A DNA stretch of 62,607 nucleotides, counting the filler. It is 4 parts of 4 records of this genome, joined end to end, with 100 filler letters (N's around TTAATTAATTAA, not from the genome) between each part and the next. Parts side by side here need not be neighbours in the genome. Positions count along the whole stretch, not along the records: positions 25,786 to 56,607 come from SRR31156797_1850; 3 more parts are not named here. One strand, 5' to 3'. Under the pieces are notes generated by a model. The model ran no database searches. It worked only from the letters and a program-made list of their open reading frames with translations, and was not told the DNA's origin. The stretch's first letter is position 1, and each line of letters starts with the position of its first letter. A program made the translations under genes and the position numbers. This document shows, piece after piece, positions 27,644-36,110 of this stretch.

Positions 27644-27886
27644 ATGACCGAACAGAAGATCGTTGATGTCCGTAACAAATGCTGAGGCGTAGGACTGGAG
27701 GTAGGTTGGTACCTCCGTTTTGCGCGGAACGATGAAATAACCGCCCTAGTGGATAAAGGCACTGTAGAGCAGCTCTACCATCAGCTGGAAATCCTGCCCG
27801 AATGGACCCTTGAAACCTTTGAAGAGGAAGATCACGTGCGCGCGGTCTTCCGCAGCAAAATTCCGCGGGGCAAAAAAAACGATTAA
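27644..27886 (+). CDS. small TusA/SirA-like selenoprotein (Sec at codon 14), missed by ORF track
   Basis: RBS GGAGG 27634-27638; ATG 27644; in-frame TGA 27683-27685; frame open to TAA 27884-27886: MTEQKIVDVRNKCUGVGLEVGWYLRFARNDEITALVDKGTVEQLYHQLEILPEWTLETFEEEDHVRAVFRSKIPRGKKND. Confidence 0.82.
27687..27725 (+). promoter_or_regulatory. bacterial SECIS element
   Basis: Lower stem GCGTAGGAC/GTTTTGCGC, bulged T, upper stem GGAGGTA/TACCTCC starting 11 nt after the TGA, loop GGTTGG. Confidence 0.8.
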
Positions 27887-27888
27887 AG

Positions 27889-28494
27889 ATGAAACAACAA
27901 CCGGTAATATTCAAATGCAGCCACCACAGAAAAGGTAACAGCGACCTTGCTGCCGAACTTTTTCTCAAAGGAATCCAATCAGCAGGAGGCGACGCCGAAA
28001 CAGTCACCCTCGGCGATATGGATTTCAAACATTGTATCGGCTGCCTGAAATGCCGCACAGCAGCGGACAACCGCTGTATCTTTGCAAATAAGGACAGGGC
28101 GCAGGAATTATACGAGAAGATAATTTCCGCCCCTTTTACTTTCTTTGCCTCTCCTATATACTTCTACCATCTGCCCTCGCGGTTAAAGACCTTTATAGAC
28201 CGCGGTCAATGGGCCTTTGAAGCCGCGACAGGTAATTCCCCTGTGATGAACGGCCTGCAAAAACGCCCTGCTTATGCATGCCTCCTGGCCGGAAGGCCCA
28301 AAGGCGAAAAACTGTTTGAAGGCGCGGAGCTTTCGCTCAAATTTTTCCTCAGGTTCTTTCGGGCAGACCTTCAGCCTGCTATGGTCTTCAGAGGAATAGA
28401 CGAACCGCAGGACTTGAGCAGTAACGCTGAAAAATGCGCACTCATCACCCAATATGGAAAAGAAGCATGGCAAAGGAATATGAATAATGGCTGA
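27889..28494 (+). CDS. flavodoxin family / iron-sulfur flavoprotein
   Basis: SHHRKGNS, CIGCLKC...C, ASPIYFY, KTFIDR. Confidence 0.85.
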   Translation: MKQQPVIFKCSHHRKGNSDLAAELFLKGIQSAGGDAETVTLGDMDFKHCIGCLKCRTAADNRCIFANKDRAQELYEKIISAPFTFFASPIYFYHLPSRLKTFIDRGQWAFEAATGNSPVMNGLQKRPAYACLLAGRPKGEKLFEGAELSLKFFLRFFRADLQPAMVFRGIDEPQDLSSNAEKCALITQYGKEAWQRNMNNG

Positions 28495-28870
28495 AGATTT
28501 TTTTCCTGATTTGCGAGTTCTCGTGGCTGAAGATTCCGCTCCGGTACGGCTTGTGCTCAGAGCTTATCTTGGCAAGCTGGGTATTGAACCGTATTTTGCT
28601 GAAGATGGACGCGAAGCTTTGGAAATGCTGAGCGAAAACCGTTTTGACATGGCCTTCATGGATGTGCACATGCCGAAAATGGACGGAACTGAAGTCGTTG
28701 CCGAGATACGTAAAAAAGGGATGGTAATTCCGGTCATCGCCATGACCACCGGAGACAATCCGGACCTGCTGTCCAGATGCCTTGAATGCGGCTATGACAG
28801 CATCCTGCTTAAGCCGATCATAAAAGAAGACATTTTCCGTACAGTAAAAAAATTCCTCCCAACCTCCTAA
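28487..28870 (+). CDS. single-domain response regulator
   Basis: VLVAED, FMDVHMPKMDG, AMTT, LKP. Confidence 0.92.
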   Translation: MAEDFFPDLRVLVAEDSAPVRLVLRAYLGKLGIEPYFAEDGREALEMLSENRFDMAFMDVHMPKMDGTEVVAEIRKKGMVIPVIAMTTGDNPDLLSRCLECGYDSILLKPIIKEDIFRTVKKFLPTS

Positions 28871-28873
28871 GCA

Positions 28874-29617
28874 ATGTTCGCCCAGCTTCTGCGATACCTA
28901 TCTCCCGTTGCCGCGCTAAAGAGTCTTAAAAACGCATTTACTGAAAGACGATGCCCGGCCTGCCTGCGAATTCACACAGATAAAGGATTATGCTGCTCAT
29001 GCCTAGCCTTCATCGAAGCTAGACCGGAAAATATCTGCATAGTCTGCGGCAATGAATTCAACTCCCCGGATGCGAATGAACTACCCTGCATCAGCTGCCA
29101 GACTGTCCCCCGTAACTTCAGTAGACTTTACTTTTATAACATGCACCAAGGACAGCTGCGGGAAATGCTTCTGGACTGGAAGTTCAATAATCAATACGGC
29201 TACAACAAAATTTTCGGACAATTCATCGCTGATTTATGCGCTGATGTACCGGTAACAAATCACCCGGACCTGATTATCCCAGTCCCCCTGCACCCTTCAA
29301 GGTTGCGTAAACGTGGCTTCAACCAAGCCATTGTTCTTGCGCGTTATGCTGCCTTAGCACTCAAGACAGACCTTTCCAACCAAGCCCTGCTCCGAGCACG
29401 GAGAACCATTCCTCAGACCAGACTCAGCGGCGCTGAACGGCGTACCAATCTACATACAGCATTCACTGCTGTCCCGTCCCTCGTAGCAGGCAAAAATATC
29501 TTGCTCATAGACGACGTATACACCACAGGTTCCACAGTGGATGAGTGCTCCCGGACTTTGCTTGAAGCCGGAGCCCCCCGGGTGGAAGTTATGACTCTTT
29601 CTCGGGCCTTGATCTAA
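28874..29617 (+). CDS. ComF-family phosphoribosyltransferase-like protein
   Basis: Zn-ribbon CxxC pairs, PVPLH, RGFNQA, LLIDDVYTTGST. Confidence 0.92.
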   Translation: MFAQLLRYLSPVAALKSLKNAFTERRCPACLRIHTDKGLCCSCLAFIEARPENICIVCGNEFNSPDANELPCISCQTVPRNFSRLYFYNMHQGQLREMLLDWKFNNQYGYNKIFGQFIADLCADVPVTNHPDLIIPVPLHPSRLRKRGFNQAIVLARYAALALKTDLSNQALLRARRTIPQTRLSGAERRTNLHTAFTAVPSLVAGKNILLIDDVYTTGSTVDECSRTLLEAGAPRVEVMTLSRALI

Positions 29618-29689
29618 GGCCCAGATATAGGTAAAATTTATTTTTTATCCAAAGTTTTCCAAATACATAATTTTCCAAGGAGACTGGAA

Positions 29690-32600
29690 TTGTCCTTTAA
29701 TATCGCTGAATGGACCCGGATTATTCACAACAACACTCCTATATATCTCAGGCCCGAATCCCCGGACTGGTTTGTTCCCACCTCAACGGGTGATGCTCTA
29801 CTCTGCAATATGCAGAAAAAAAACAAGACAGAATTTTCGGAACTATCAATAGACGACAAACGTTTCCTCATGCGTCTGCCCGATGCGAACGAAACCATTT
29901 ATCCCGGAAGATACGAACAACTAAAAACAGAGACCCTGCGCGAACTCTGGTTTCACATCACCGACAATTGCAATATGTCCTGCTCCCATTGTTTGTTCTC
30001 ATCTTCTCCGCAAGCCAAGCGAGAACTGACTACAGAGCGTGTGCTGGAATTGACTGAACAAGCGGAAGAGTTAGGTTGCAAAATGTTCGCCCTCACCGGA
30101 GGAGAACCGCTGGTCCATAAAGGACTGGATAGAATTCTGACCCGCATGTTGGAAATCGAATCGAGCCATGTAGCTGTGCTGACCAACGGGTTGGCAGTGG
30201 AAACATTTTTCTCCAAACACCGCTACGATTTTAAGCGCTTGCATTTGCAGATCAGCGTAGACGGAATCGGCAAGACACACGATAAGCTGCGCGGCAAAGG
30301 CATGTTCGCCGCTCTTGAAAAATCACTGAATTGGCTTTCCGCAGAAGGCATCCCCTTCACCCTGTCCATGTGCGTGACTAAGGACAACGTACAGGAGATG
30401 AAGGATGTAGTAGAGTTCGCCGCCAGAACCGGGGCCTCCAACGTCCATTTCATGTGGTATTTTGTTCGTGGACGCGGTGAATCCGAGCAATTTATCAAAC
30501 CGGATAAAATTTATCCGCACCTGCTGGAAGCATGGGAAACCGGGGAACGTACCGGAGTGACCATCGACAATGTCGAAGCAGTAAAAAGCATGATTTTCGC
30601 TCCTTGCGGAACCATACACGACGGCTCAACTGCCGGGTGGGAATCACTTGCAATAGGACCGGATGAAAATCTTTATCCATCAGCCGCAACTGTCGATATT
30701 AGCAAGCTAGCCACCTGTATTAATGACAATTTAGAGCAAACATGGAAGCAAAGCCCCATCCTTGAAGAGCTGCGCAAAAGCAGTGGTAAAAACCTTAAAA
30801 ATCCTTTTAAGCTGATCCTCGGAGGCGGAGATACCGACCACAGCTATATGCATAAGCAAAGCTTCATCGGAGATGATCCATACAGCTCTCTTTATGAAAA
30901 GCTGGCCCTTGAACTTATCGCCCGTAAGTCTGCTGAGTCGAAACGGCACGACAGTCCGCGCTTGTTACTTAAAATGGGAGACAAACTGGACCGCTGTTCC
31001 GGACATGGTGCAGTGGCCCTGACCCACACAAACTGCCTGCTGGCCGTAGCAGGTAACAACAGCCTTGCCGTGGTTAAGGATTTCTACACCGAAGCGGCAG
31101 GTGTGGATCAGGATAAGATTATCAATCCGGCCGGTTATGAAGCCAAACTGATGGAGCACATCCCCTCAAAATACCGTTTTCGGGGTTACGGATGCGGTTC
31201 TCCAATCATGGACGCCGGAATTTCAAAAGGCGAACATGTGGTAGACCTCGGCTGCGGGCGGGGCATTGAATGCTTCATCGCAGCCAAAATGGTCGGACCA
31301 GAAGGCAGGGTAACCGGGATCGACATGCTTGCCCCCATGCTTGAACATGCCCGCGAAGGACAGGCTGCGGTTGCTGAAAAGCTCGGATATGACAACATGG
31401 ATTTCCGCAAGGGCTACCTTGAAACCCTGCCCATTGATGATGACTGTGCAGACCTGCTGCTTTCCAACTGTGTTCTCAATCTTTCCACGGACAAGCGGCG
31501 CACTTTTTCTGAGATGTTCAGGGTACTCAAGCCCGGAGGCAGACTAACCATATCTGACGTGGTTTGTGAGACTGAACCGGGACCGGAAATCCGTAATGAC
31601 GATACTCTGCACGGGGAATGCATTGCCGGAGCACAAACACAGAAAAACCTTTGTGGATTACTGGAAGAAGCAGGCTTCGAATCCCTGATCATGATCAAAC
31701 GGTTCCCCTACCGAACTGTGGGCGGACACCAATTCTTTTCCTTGACCTTCTCGGCCCGAAAGCCGAACGAAGGAGACATGGTCAAGACCGTCTACCGTGG
31801 ACCGCTTAAAACTGCTATTACCTCCAGCGGAGCCATACTCACTCCCGGAAGTGTCATAGAAATCCCGAAGCAGGAGGCAACCCTGCTCGGAGAACAATTG
31901 TTTATAATAAGTAATGATGGCGCGGTGGAAAATGTATTTATCGGTGAATCCTGCTGCTGCCCAACACCTGATTCTTTTGACAAACCGGATGCTGAAACCC
32001 AAAAAGAGCATACCCACACGGGCCTTTCCCTGAAAAGCATGGAAGGATGCATGGTTTGCGGGGCAGAATTGGAATACCTGACCTCATACCGGGAAATGAT
32101 TTGTGCCTTCTGCGGAGAAAAGCATGAAGCCAACGGGCATTGCGTGAACGGACACTTTGTCTGTGACAAATGTCATAGCGAAGACGGAATGGAAGTTCTG
32201 CCCCACCTGCTTAAGTCCAGCACAGAGACAGATATGATCGAGTTGCTCAAGAAAACACGCAGTCATCCGGCCATTCCCATGCACGGACCGGAACATCATG
32301 CCCTTATTCCTGGTGTAATTACAGCTGCTTACAGAAATAGTGGCGGGGGTATTGACGAGAGGGTCATAGATACGGCAATATCGCGCGGCGCAAAAGTTGC
32401 CGGAGGGTTCTGCGGATTCATGGGAGTCTGCGGGGCAGCCATCGGCGTAGGTACAGCCATGAGCGCCATTCTGGAAGCAACCCCGTTAACGGCGTCTGAA
32501 CGCTCCATTGCCCAGAAAGGGACACTCGCGGCTCTGAAAATGATTGCGGACATAGAAGCTGCGCGCTGCTGTCAGCGTGACTGCTGGTTGGCTTTAAAGG

Positions 32601-32791
32601 CTGCGGCACAAGTTTCAGAAGAGGTTCTGGGCTTGCGCCTTAAGGCAGATGCGCATATACTATGTGATCAAATGAGTACTAATAAAGAGTGCATGGGGCG
32701 CAATTGCCCGGTGATTAGAAACAGTAAGAGTAATCAACCGAATGTGATTCAACTTCTGGGGACGATAAAAAATTCTGAAAAAAAAGTTTAA
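29690..32791 (+). CDS. radical SAM / ArsM-like SAM methyltransferase / Cys-rich (DUF5714-like) fusion protein
   Basis: CNMSCSHC and LTGGEP; YGCGSP, VDLGCGRG, SNCVLNL, ECIAGA; C-terminal CMVC, CAFC, HGPEHH, CGFMGVCG, RCCQRD; TTG start after AAGGAG. Confidence 0.85.
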   Translation: MSFNIAEWTRIIHNNTPIYLRPESPDWFVPTSTGDALLCNMQKKNKTEFSELSIDDKRFLMRLPDANETIYPGRYEQLKTETLRELWFHITDNCNMSCSHCLFSSSPQAKRELTTERVLELTEQAEELGCKMFALTGGEPLVHKGLDRILTRMLEIESSHVAVLTNGLAVETFFSKHRYDFKRLHLQISVDGIGKTHDKLRGKGMFAALEKSLNWLSAEGIPFTLSMCVTKDNVQEMKDVVEFAARTGASNVHFMWYFVRGRGESEQFIKPDKIYPHLLEAWETGERTGVTIDNVEAVKSMIFAPCGTIHDGSTAGWESLAIGPDENLYPSAATVDISKLATCINDNLEQTWKQSPILEELRKSSGKNLKNPFKLILGGGDTDHSYMHKQSFIGDDPYSSLYEKLALELIARKSAESKRHDSPRLLLKMGDKLDRCSGHGAVALTHTNCLLAVAGNNSLAVVKDFYTEAAGVDQDKIINPAGYEAKLMEHIPSKYRFRGYGCGSPIMDAGISKGEHVVDLGCGRGIECFIAAKMVGPEGRVTGIDMLAPMLEHAREGQAAVAEKLGYDNMDFRKGYLETLPIDDDCADLLLSNCVLNLSTDKRRTFSEMFRVLKPGGRLTISDVVCETEPGPEIRNDDTLHGECIAGAQTQKNLCGLLEEAGFESLIMIKRFPYRTVGGHQFFSLTFSARKPNEGDMVKTVYRGPLKTAITSSGAILTPGSVIEIPKQEATLLGEQLFIISNDGAVENVFIGESCCCPTPDSFDKPDAETQKEHTHTGLSLKSMEGCMVCGAELEYLTSYREMICAFCGEKHEANGHCVNGHFVCDKCHSEDGMEVLPHLLKSSTETDMIELLKKTRSHPAIPMHGPEHHALIPGVITAAYRNSGGGIDERVIDTAISRGAKVAGGFCGFMGVCGAAIGVGTAMSAILEATPLTASERSIAQKGTLAALKMIADIEAARCCQRDCWLALKAAAQVSEEVLGLRLKADAHILCDQMSTNKECMGRNCPVIRNSKSNQPNVIQLLGTIKNSEKKV

Positions 32792-32799
32792 TTACCTAC

Positions 32800-32829
32800 T
32801 TGACTTTTCCACCTAGATACGAATATCTT
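32800..32829 (+). promoter_or_regulatory. putative sigma-70 promoter of rplU-rpmA
   Basis: TTGACT-N18-TATCTT. Confidence 0.45.
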
Positions 32830-32861
32830 CCCCTCTCTTACGTGACGGAGGTAAGTAAAAA

Positions 32862-33173
32862 ATGTATGCAATAATTGAGACTGGCGGCAAGCAGTTCCGC
32901 GTTGAAGAAGGTCTGGAACTCAATGTCCAGAAAATGGACGCTGAAGCAGGCACAAAAGTCGATCTGGATAAAATTCTTCTTATCGGTCAGGGCGAAGACG
33001 TTAAAATCGGCGCTCCTTATGTTGAAGGTGCGAAGGTTTCCTGCACTGTTGTAGAACACGGTCGTGACAAAAAGATCGTTGTCTTCAAAAAAAGACGCAG
33101 GAAAGACTCTCAGACCAAACAGGGTCATCGTCAGGACTACACAAGAATCAAAGTGGAAGCCATTCAGGCTTAA
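32862..33173 (+). CDS. rplU: 50S ribosomal protein L21
   Basis: MYAIIETGGKQFRV, GHRQDYT. Confidence 0.98.
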   Translation: MYAIIETGGKQFRVEEGLELNVQKMDAEAGTKVDLDKILLIGQGEDVKIGAPYVEGAKVSCTVVEHGRDKKIVVFKKRRRKDSQTKQGHRQDYTRIKVEAIQA

Positions 33174-33206
33174 GCTTGACGACAGAACCTACTAAGGAGG
33201 CTAATA

Positions 33207-33476
33207 ATGGCTCATAAGAAAGCGGGCGGTAGCTCGAAGAACGGTCGCGATAGTAATGCCCAACGACGTGGTGTGAAACGTTTTGGTGGTCAGGAAGTAC
33301 TGGCTGGCAACATTCTTGTTCGCCAGGTTGGTAGTAAAGTCCACGCTGGTAAAAACGTTGGCACCGGTAAAGACTGGACCTTGTTTGCACTGGTTGACGG
33401 TGTTGTGAAGTACGAAAAGTACATTCGCAAAAACCGCGTAAAAACCAGAGTACACATCGTTCCTGCCGAAGCCTAG
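33207..33476 (+). CDS. rpmA: 50S ribosomal protein L27
   Basis: [16 protein letters not shown]. Confidence 0.98.
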   Translation: MAHKKAGGSSKNGRDSNAQRRGVKRFGGQEVLAGNILVRQVGSKVHAGKNVGTGKDWTLFALVDGVVKYEKYIRKNRVKTRVHIVPAEA

Positions 33477-33499
33477 ACATCAGGCGAAAGCTTTTTTTC

Positions 33500-33538
33500 A
33501 GGCAGGGGTCGCATTACACAATGCGTCCCCTGCCTTTT
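33500..33538 (+). terminator. intrinsic terminator after rpmA
   Basis: AGGCAGGGGTCGCATT-ACAC-AATGCGTCCCCTGCCT followed by TTT. Confidence 0.75.
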
Positions 33539-33609
33539 CGTGTCTTTTCGGCAATATTCTTTTATAGAAAACAAACCATATTATTCCGATTTCACTCCCC
33601 TCCCCCTTC

Positions 33610-33681
33610 AGGGATTCTAAAAGAAAATTATTTCCTTTGGCAGCCGGAGGAGAAATCACCCAACAAAGCGCTAAGCGCATC
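33610..33681. repeat. degenerate REP-like intergenic repeat
   Basis: GGGATTC...CCTTTGGCAGCCGGAGG...AAGCGCTAAGCGCATC; the core is the reverse complement of CCTCCGGCGG at 35871. Confidence 0.45.
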
Positions 33682-33698
33682 CTAATCAGGTATTTGTT

Positions 33699-34757
33699 AT
33701 GAAATTCATAGATGAAGCAACTATCACGGTACGTTCCGGCAAGGGCGGTAACGGATGCGTGGCATTCCGCAGGGAAAGATTTATCCCCAAGGGCGGCCCC
33801 AGCGGCGGTGACGGCGGTAAAGGTGGAGACCTCATTTTCAGGGGCAGCTCCAAACTTCTGACCCTCTACGACTTCAGACTAAAAAGAGTCTACGAAGCCA
33901 AGAATGGCCAGCAGGGCATGGGCCGTGATAAATACGGCAAGGCTGCTGACGATACCATTATTGATCTTCCTCTCGGTACACTCGTTTATGAAGTGAACCC
34001 TGAAGACGGCAGCGAAAAACTCATCGCCGACCTGACCAAAGAAGGCCGCGAGATGGTCATCTGCAAGGGCGGTGACGGTGGACGCGGAAACATCCACTTC
34101 AAATCCTCCACCAACCAGGCCCCGCGTCAGGCAGAGGAAGGATTCCCCGGCGAGGAAAAACGTATCCGCCTGCAGCTCAAGATCATTGCGGACGTTGGTC
34201 TGCTTGGTCTGCCCAACGCAGGTAAGTCCACATTTATTTCCAAAATTTCCGCTGCGAAACCCAAAATCGCAGCCTACCCCTTCACCACCCTTGTGCCCAA
34301 CCTCGGCGTGGTGGATGATGACATGGGCAGCAAGCTGGTCATCGCTGACATTCCCGGACTGATTGAAGGAGCCAGCGAAGGTCTTGGACTGGGCCACCGT
34401 TTCCTCAAACATGTGGAACGGACCAGATTCCTCGTTCACATCCTCAGCGCAGAAGACCTGAGCCTTGAAGATCCTTTTGAAGGATTCAACATGCTCGATG
34501 AAGAACTGCGCATCTTTGATGAGGAAATGGCCTCTAAAACCCAGCTGCGTGTCATCAACAAAATCGACCTGCTTTCCGAGGAAGACCTTGAAACAATCAA
34601 GGCCAAGGCCAAAGAAACAGGTGAAAAAATTTATTTCATATCCGCCCTCCACAGTAATGGGGTTCAGGAACTCCTCAGTGACATGTGGGACAGATTCAAA
34701 GCAATGAATCAAGAGGAAAAAAATGACCAGGATGAGCAACAGGATTCAGACGCTTAA
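33699..34757 (+). CDS. obgE: GTPase ObgE/CgtA
   Basis: MKFIDEA, GGPSGGDGG, GLPNAGKS, YPFTT, DIPG, NKID. Confidence 0.98.
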   Translation: MKFIDEATITVRSGKGGNGCVAFRRERFIPKGGPSGGDGGKGGDLIFRGSSKLLTLYDFRLKRVYEAKNGQQGMGRDKYGKAADDTIIDLPLGTLVYEVNPEDGSEKLIADLTKEGREMVICKGGDGGRGNIHFKSSTNQAPRQAEEGFPGEEKRIRLQLKIIADVGLLGLPNAGKSTFISKISAAKPKIAAYPFTTLVPNLGVVDDDMGSKLVIADIPGLIEGASEGLGLGHRFLKHVERTRFLVHILSAEDLSLEDPFEGFNMLDEELRIFDEEMASKTQLRVINKIDLLSEEDLETIKAKAKETGEKIYFISALHSNGVQELLSDMWDRFKAMNQEEKNDQDEQQDSDA

Positions 34758-35865
34758 GGAAGCTAAACGCATTGTTGTAAAAATCGGCAGCGCGGTGCTG
34801 ACCACGAATGAGGGAATCAACCTCGGCCTGATCTGCCGCCTTGCCGACCAACTGGCGACCCTGCACGAACGCGGGGTCGACATAGTCCTAGTCTCGTCCG
34901 GTGCTGTTGCTGCCGGACGAAACTCCATTCCATCCGGCGCTAAACTGGATGACCTGCCTGCACGTCAGGCTGCCTCGGCCATCGGACAGTCCCGGCTCAT
35001 GCATGAGTATGACGAGACCTTCCGCCGTTTCGGCCTTGTTACCTCACAAGTCCTGCTCACCCGTGACGACCTCAAGCACCGCGACCGTTTCCTCAATGCC
35101 CGCAACACCCTTTCAAGGTTACTTGAATGGCGGGTAATTCCTATCATCAATGAGAACGACACTGTTGCAGTTCAGGAACTGGAATTCGGGGATAACGACA
35201 CCCTTGCCAGCCTGATCTTAAACGTGGTGGAAGCAGATCTGTTCATCAACCTCACTTCTGCTGACGGTGTTTTCGACAAAAACCCGGACAAGAATCCCGA
35301 TGCCAAGCCGCTGGCCTGCATTGAAAACGTCCACGATCTCGACCTTGATGCCATGTGTGACGGCAAGACCGCTGTCGGTTCCGGAGGTATGTTCTCCAAG
35401 ATGCGTGCTGCCAACCGTGCGGCCCAGCTTGGTGTGCCGACCCTGATTCTAGCGGGCAAAGACCGCATGATCATTGAGCGCGTCTTTAACGGCGAAGAGT
35501 GCGGAACATGGATTGTACCGGATGATAAATCCGTTTCCCGCCGCAAATACTGGCTTGCTTACCATTGTGACCCCGCTGGAGATCTGATCATTGATTCAGG
35601 AGCGGAAAAAGCGTTGCTTTCCGGGGGTAAAAGTTTGCTCCCAGCTGGGATAACCGATGTTGATGGAAAATTTAAAGCCGGAGAACTTGTCCGCGTTGTC
35701 AACACATCAGGCAAGTCTCTTGCTGTTGGATTGTCCTGTTATAGCTCTGCAGACATGATCAAAATTATGGGCTGCAAATCCTGCAATATCGAATCGATTC
35801 TAGGCAAGTGCCCCTACCCCGAAGCAATTCACCGAGACAACCTGCTGCTGGACGCTGCACTTTAA
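34723..35865 (+). CDS. proB: glutamate 5-kinase with PUA domain
   Basis: VVKIGSAVL, SSGAVAAG, PIINEND, GDND, GSGGMFSK, IHRDNL. Confidence 0.97.
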   Translation: MTRMSNRIQTLKEAKRIVVKIGSAVLTTNEGINLGLICRLADQLATLHERGVDIVLVSSGAVAAGRNSIPSGAKLDDLPARQAASAIGQSRLMHEYDETFRRFGLVTSQVLLTRDDLKHRDRFLNARNTLSRLLEWRVIPIINENDTVAVQELEFGDNDTLASLILNVVEADLFINLTSADGVFDKNPDKNPDAKPLACIENVHDLDLDAMCDGKTAVGSGGMFSKMRAANRAAQLGVPTLILAGKDRMIIERVFNGEECGTWIVPDDKSVSRRKYWLAYHCDPAGDLIIDSGAEKALLSGGKSLLPAGITDVDGKFKAGELVRVVNTSGKSLAVGLSCYSSADMIKIMGCKSCNIESILGKCPYPEAIHRDNLLLDAAL

Positions 35866-35867
35866 GA

Positions 35868-35912
35868 ATGCCTCCGGCGGACAGTAAAACTTTTTAGTAA
35901 GGCTTCGCCGCC
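35868..35912. repeat. degenerate REP-like intergenic repeat
   Basis: ATGCCTCCGGCGG...AAAACTTTT...GCTTCGCCGCC immediately after the proB stop. Confidence 0.45.
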
Positions 35913-35942
35913 AGTGCATTAGATTTACCATATTCATTTATT

Positions 35943-35973
35943 AGGACAGGCTTAAACGCCTGTCCTTTTTTTT
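35943..35973 (+). terminator. intrinsic terminator after proB
   Basis: AGGACAGGC-TTAAAC-GCCTGTCCT followed by a T run. Confidence 0.85.
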
Positions 35974-36034
35974 GCTCAATAATTACGCCTTGAATAAAGT
36001 AATTATTTTTATCTATATTTTTATCACTCCAATA

Positions 36035-36061
36035 TAAAGTATTCTCAAGAACAGCCGATTA
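36035..36061 (+). promoter_or_regulatory. sigma-28 (FliA) promoter
   Basis: TAAA-N15-GCCGATTA against consensus TAAA-N15-GCCGATAA, about 50 nt before the ATG at 36111. Confidence 0.8.
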
Positions 36062-36110
36062 TTCACCTAATACAAGACTCACTCAAGTCTATGTCAAAGG
36101 GGTCATAATC

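Noticed and set aside
27612-28070. 152-aa minus-strand ORF covering the gap after the MBL gene
   Set aside because: Overlaps two + strand genes and has no motif; the + strand Sec ORF with RBS and SECIS explains the gap better
33879-34739. 286-aa minus-strand ORF over obgE
   Set aside because: Antisense shadow of a conserved essential gene
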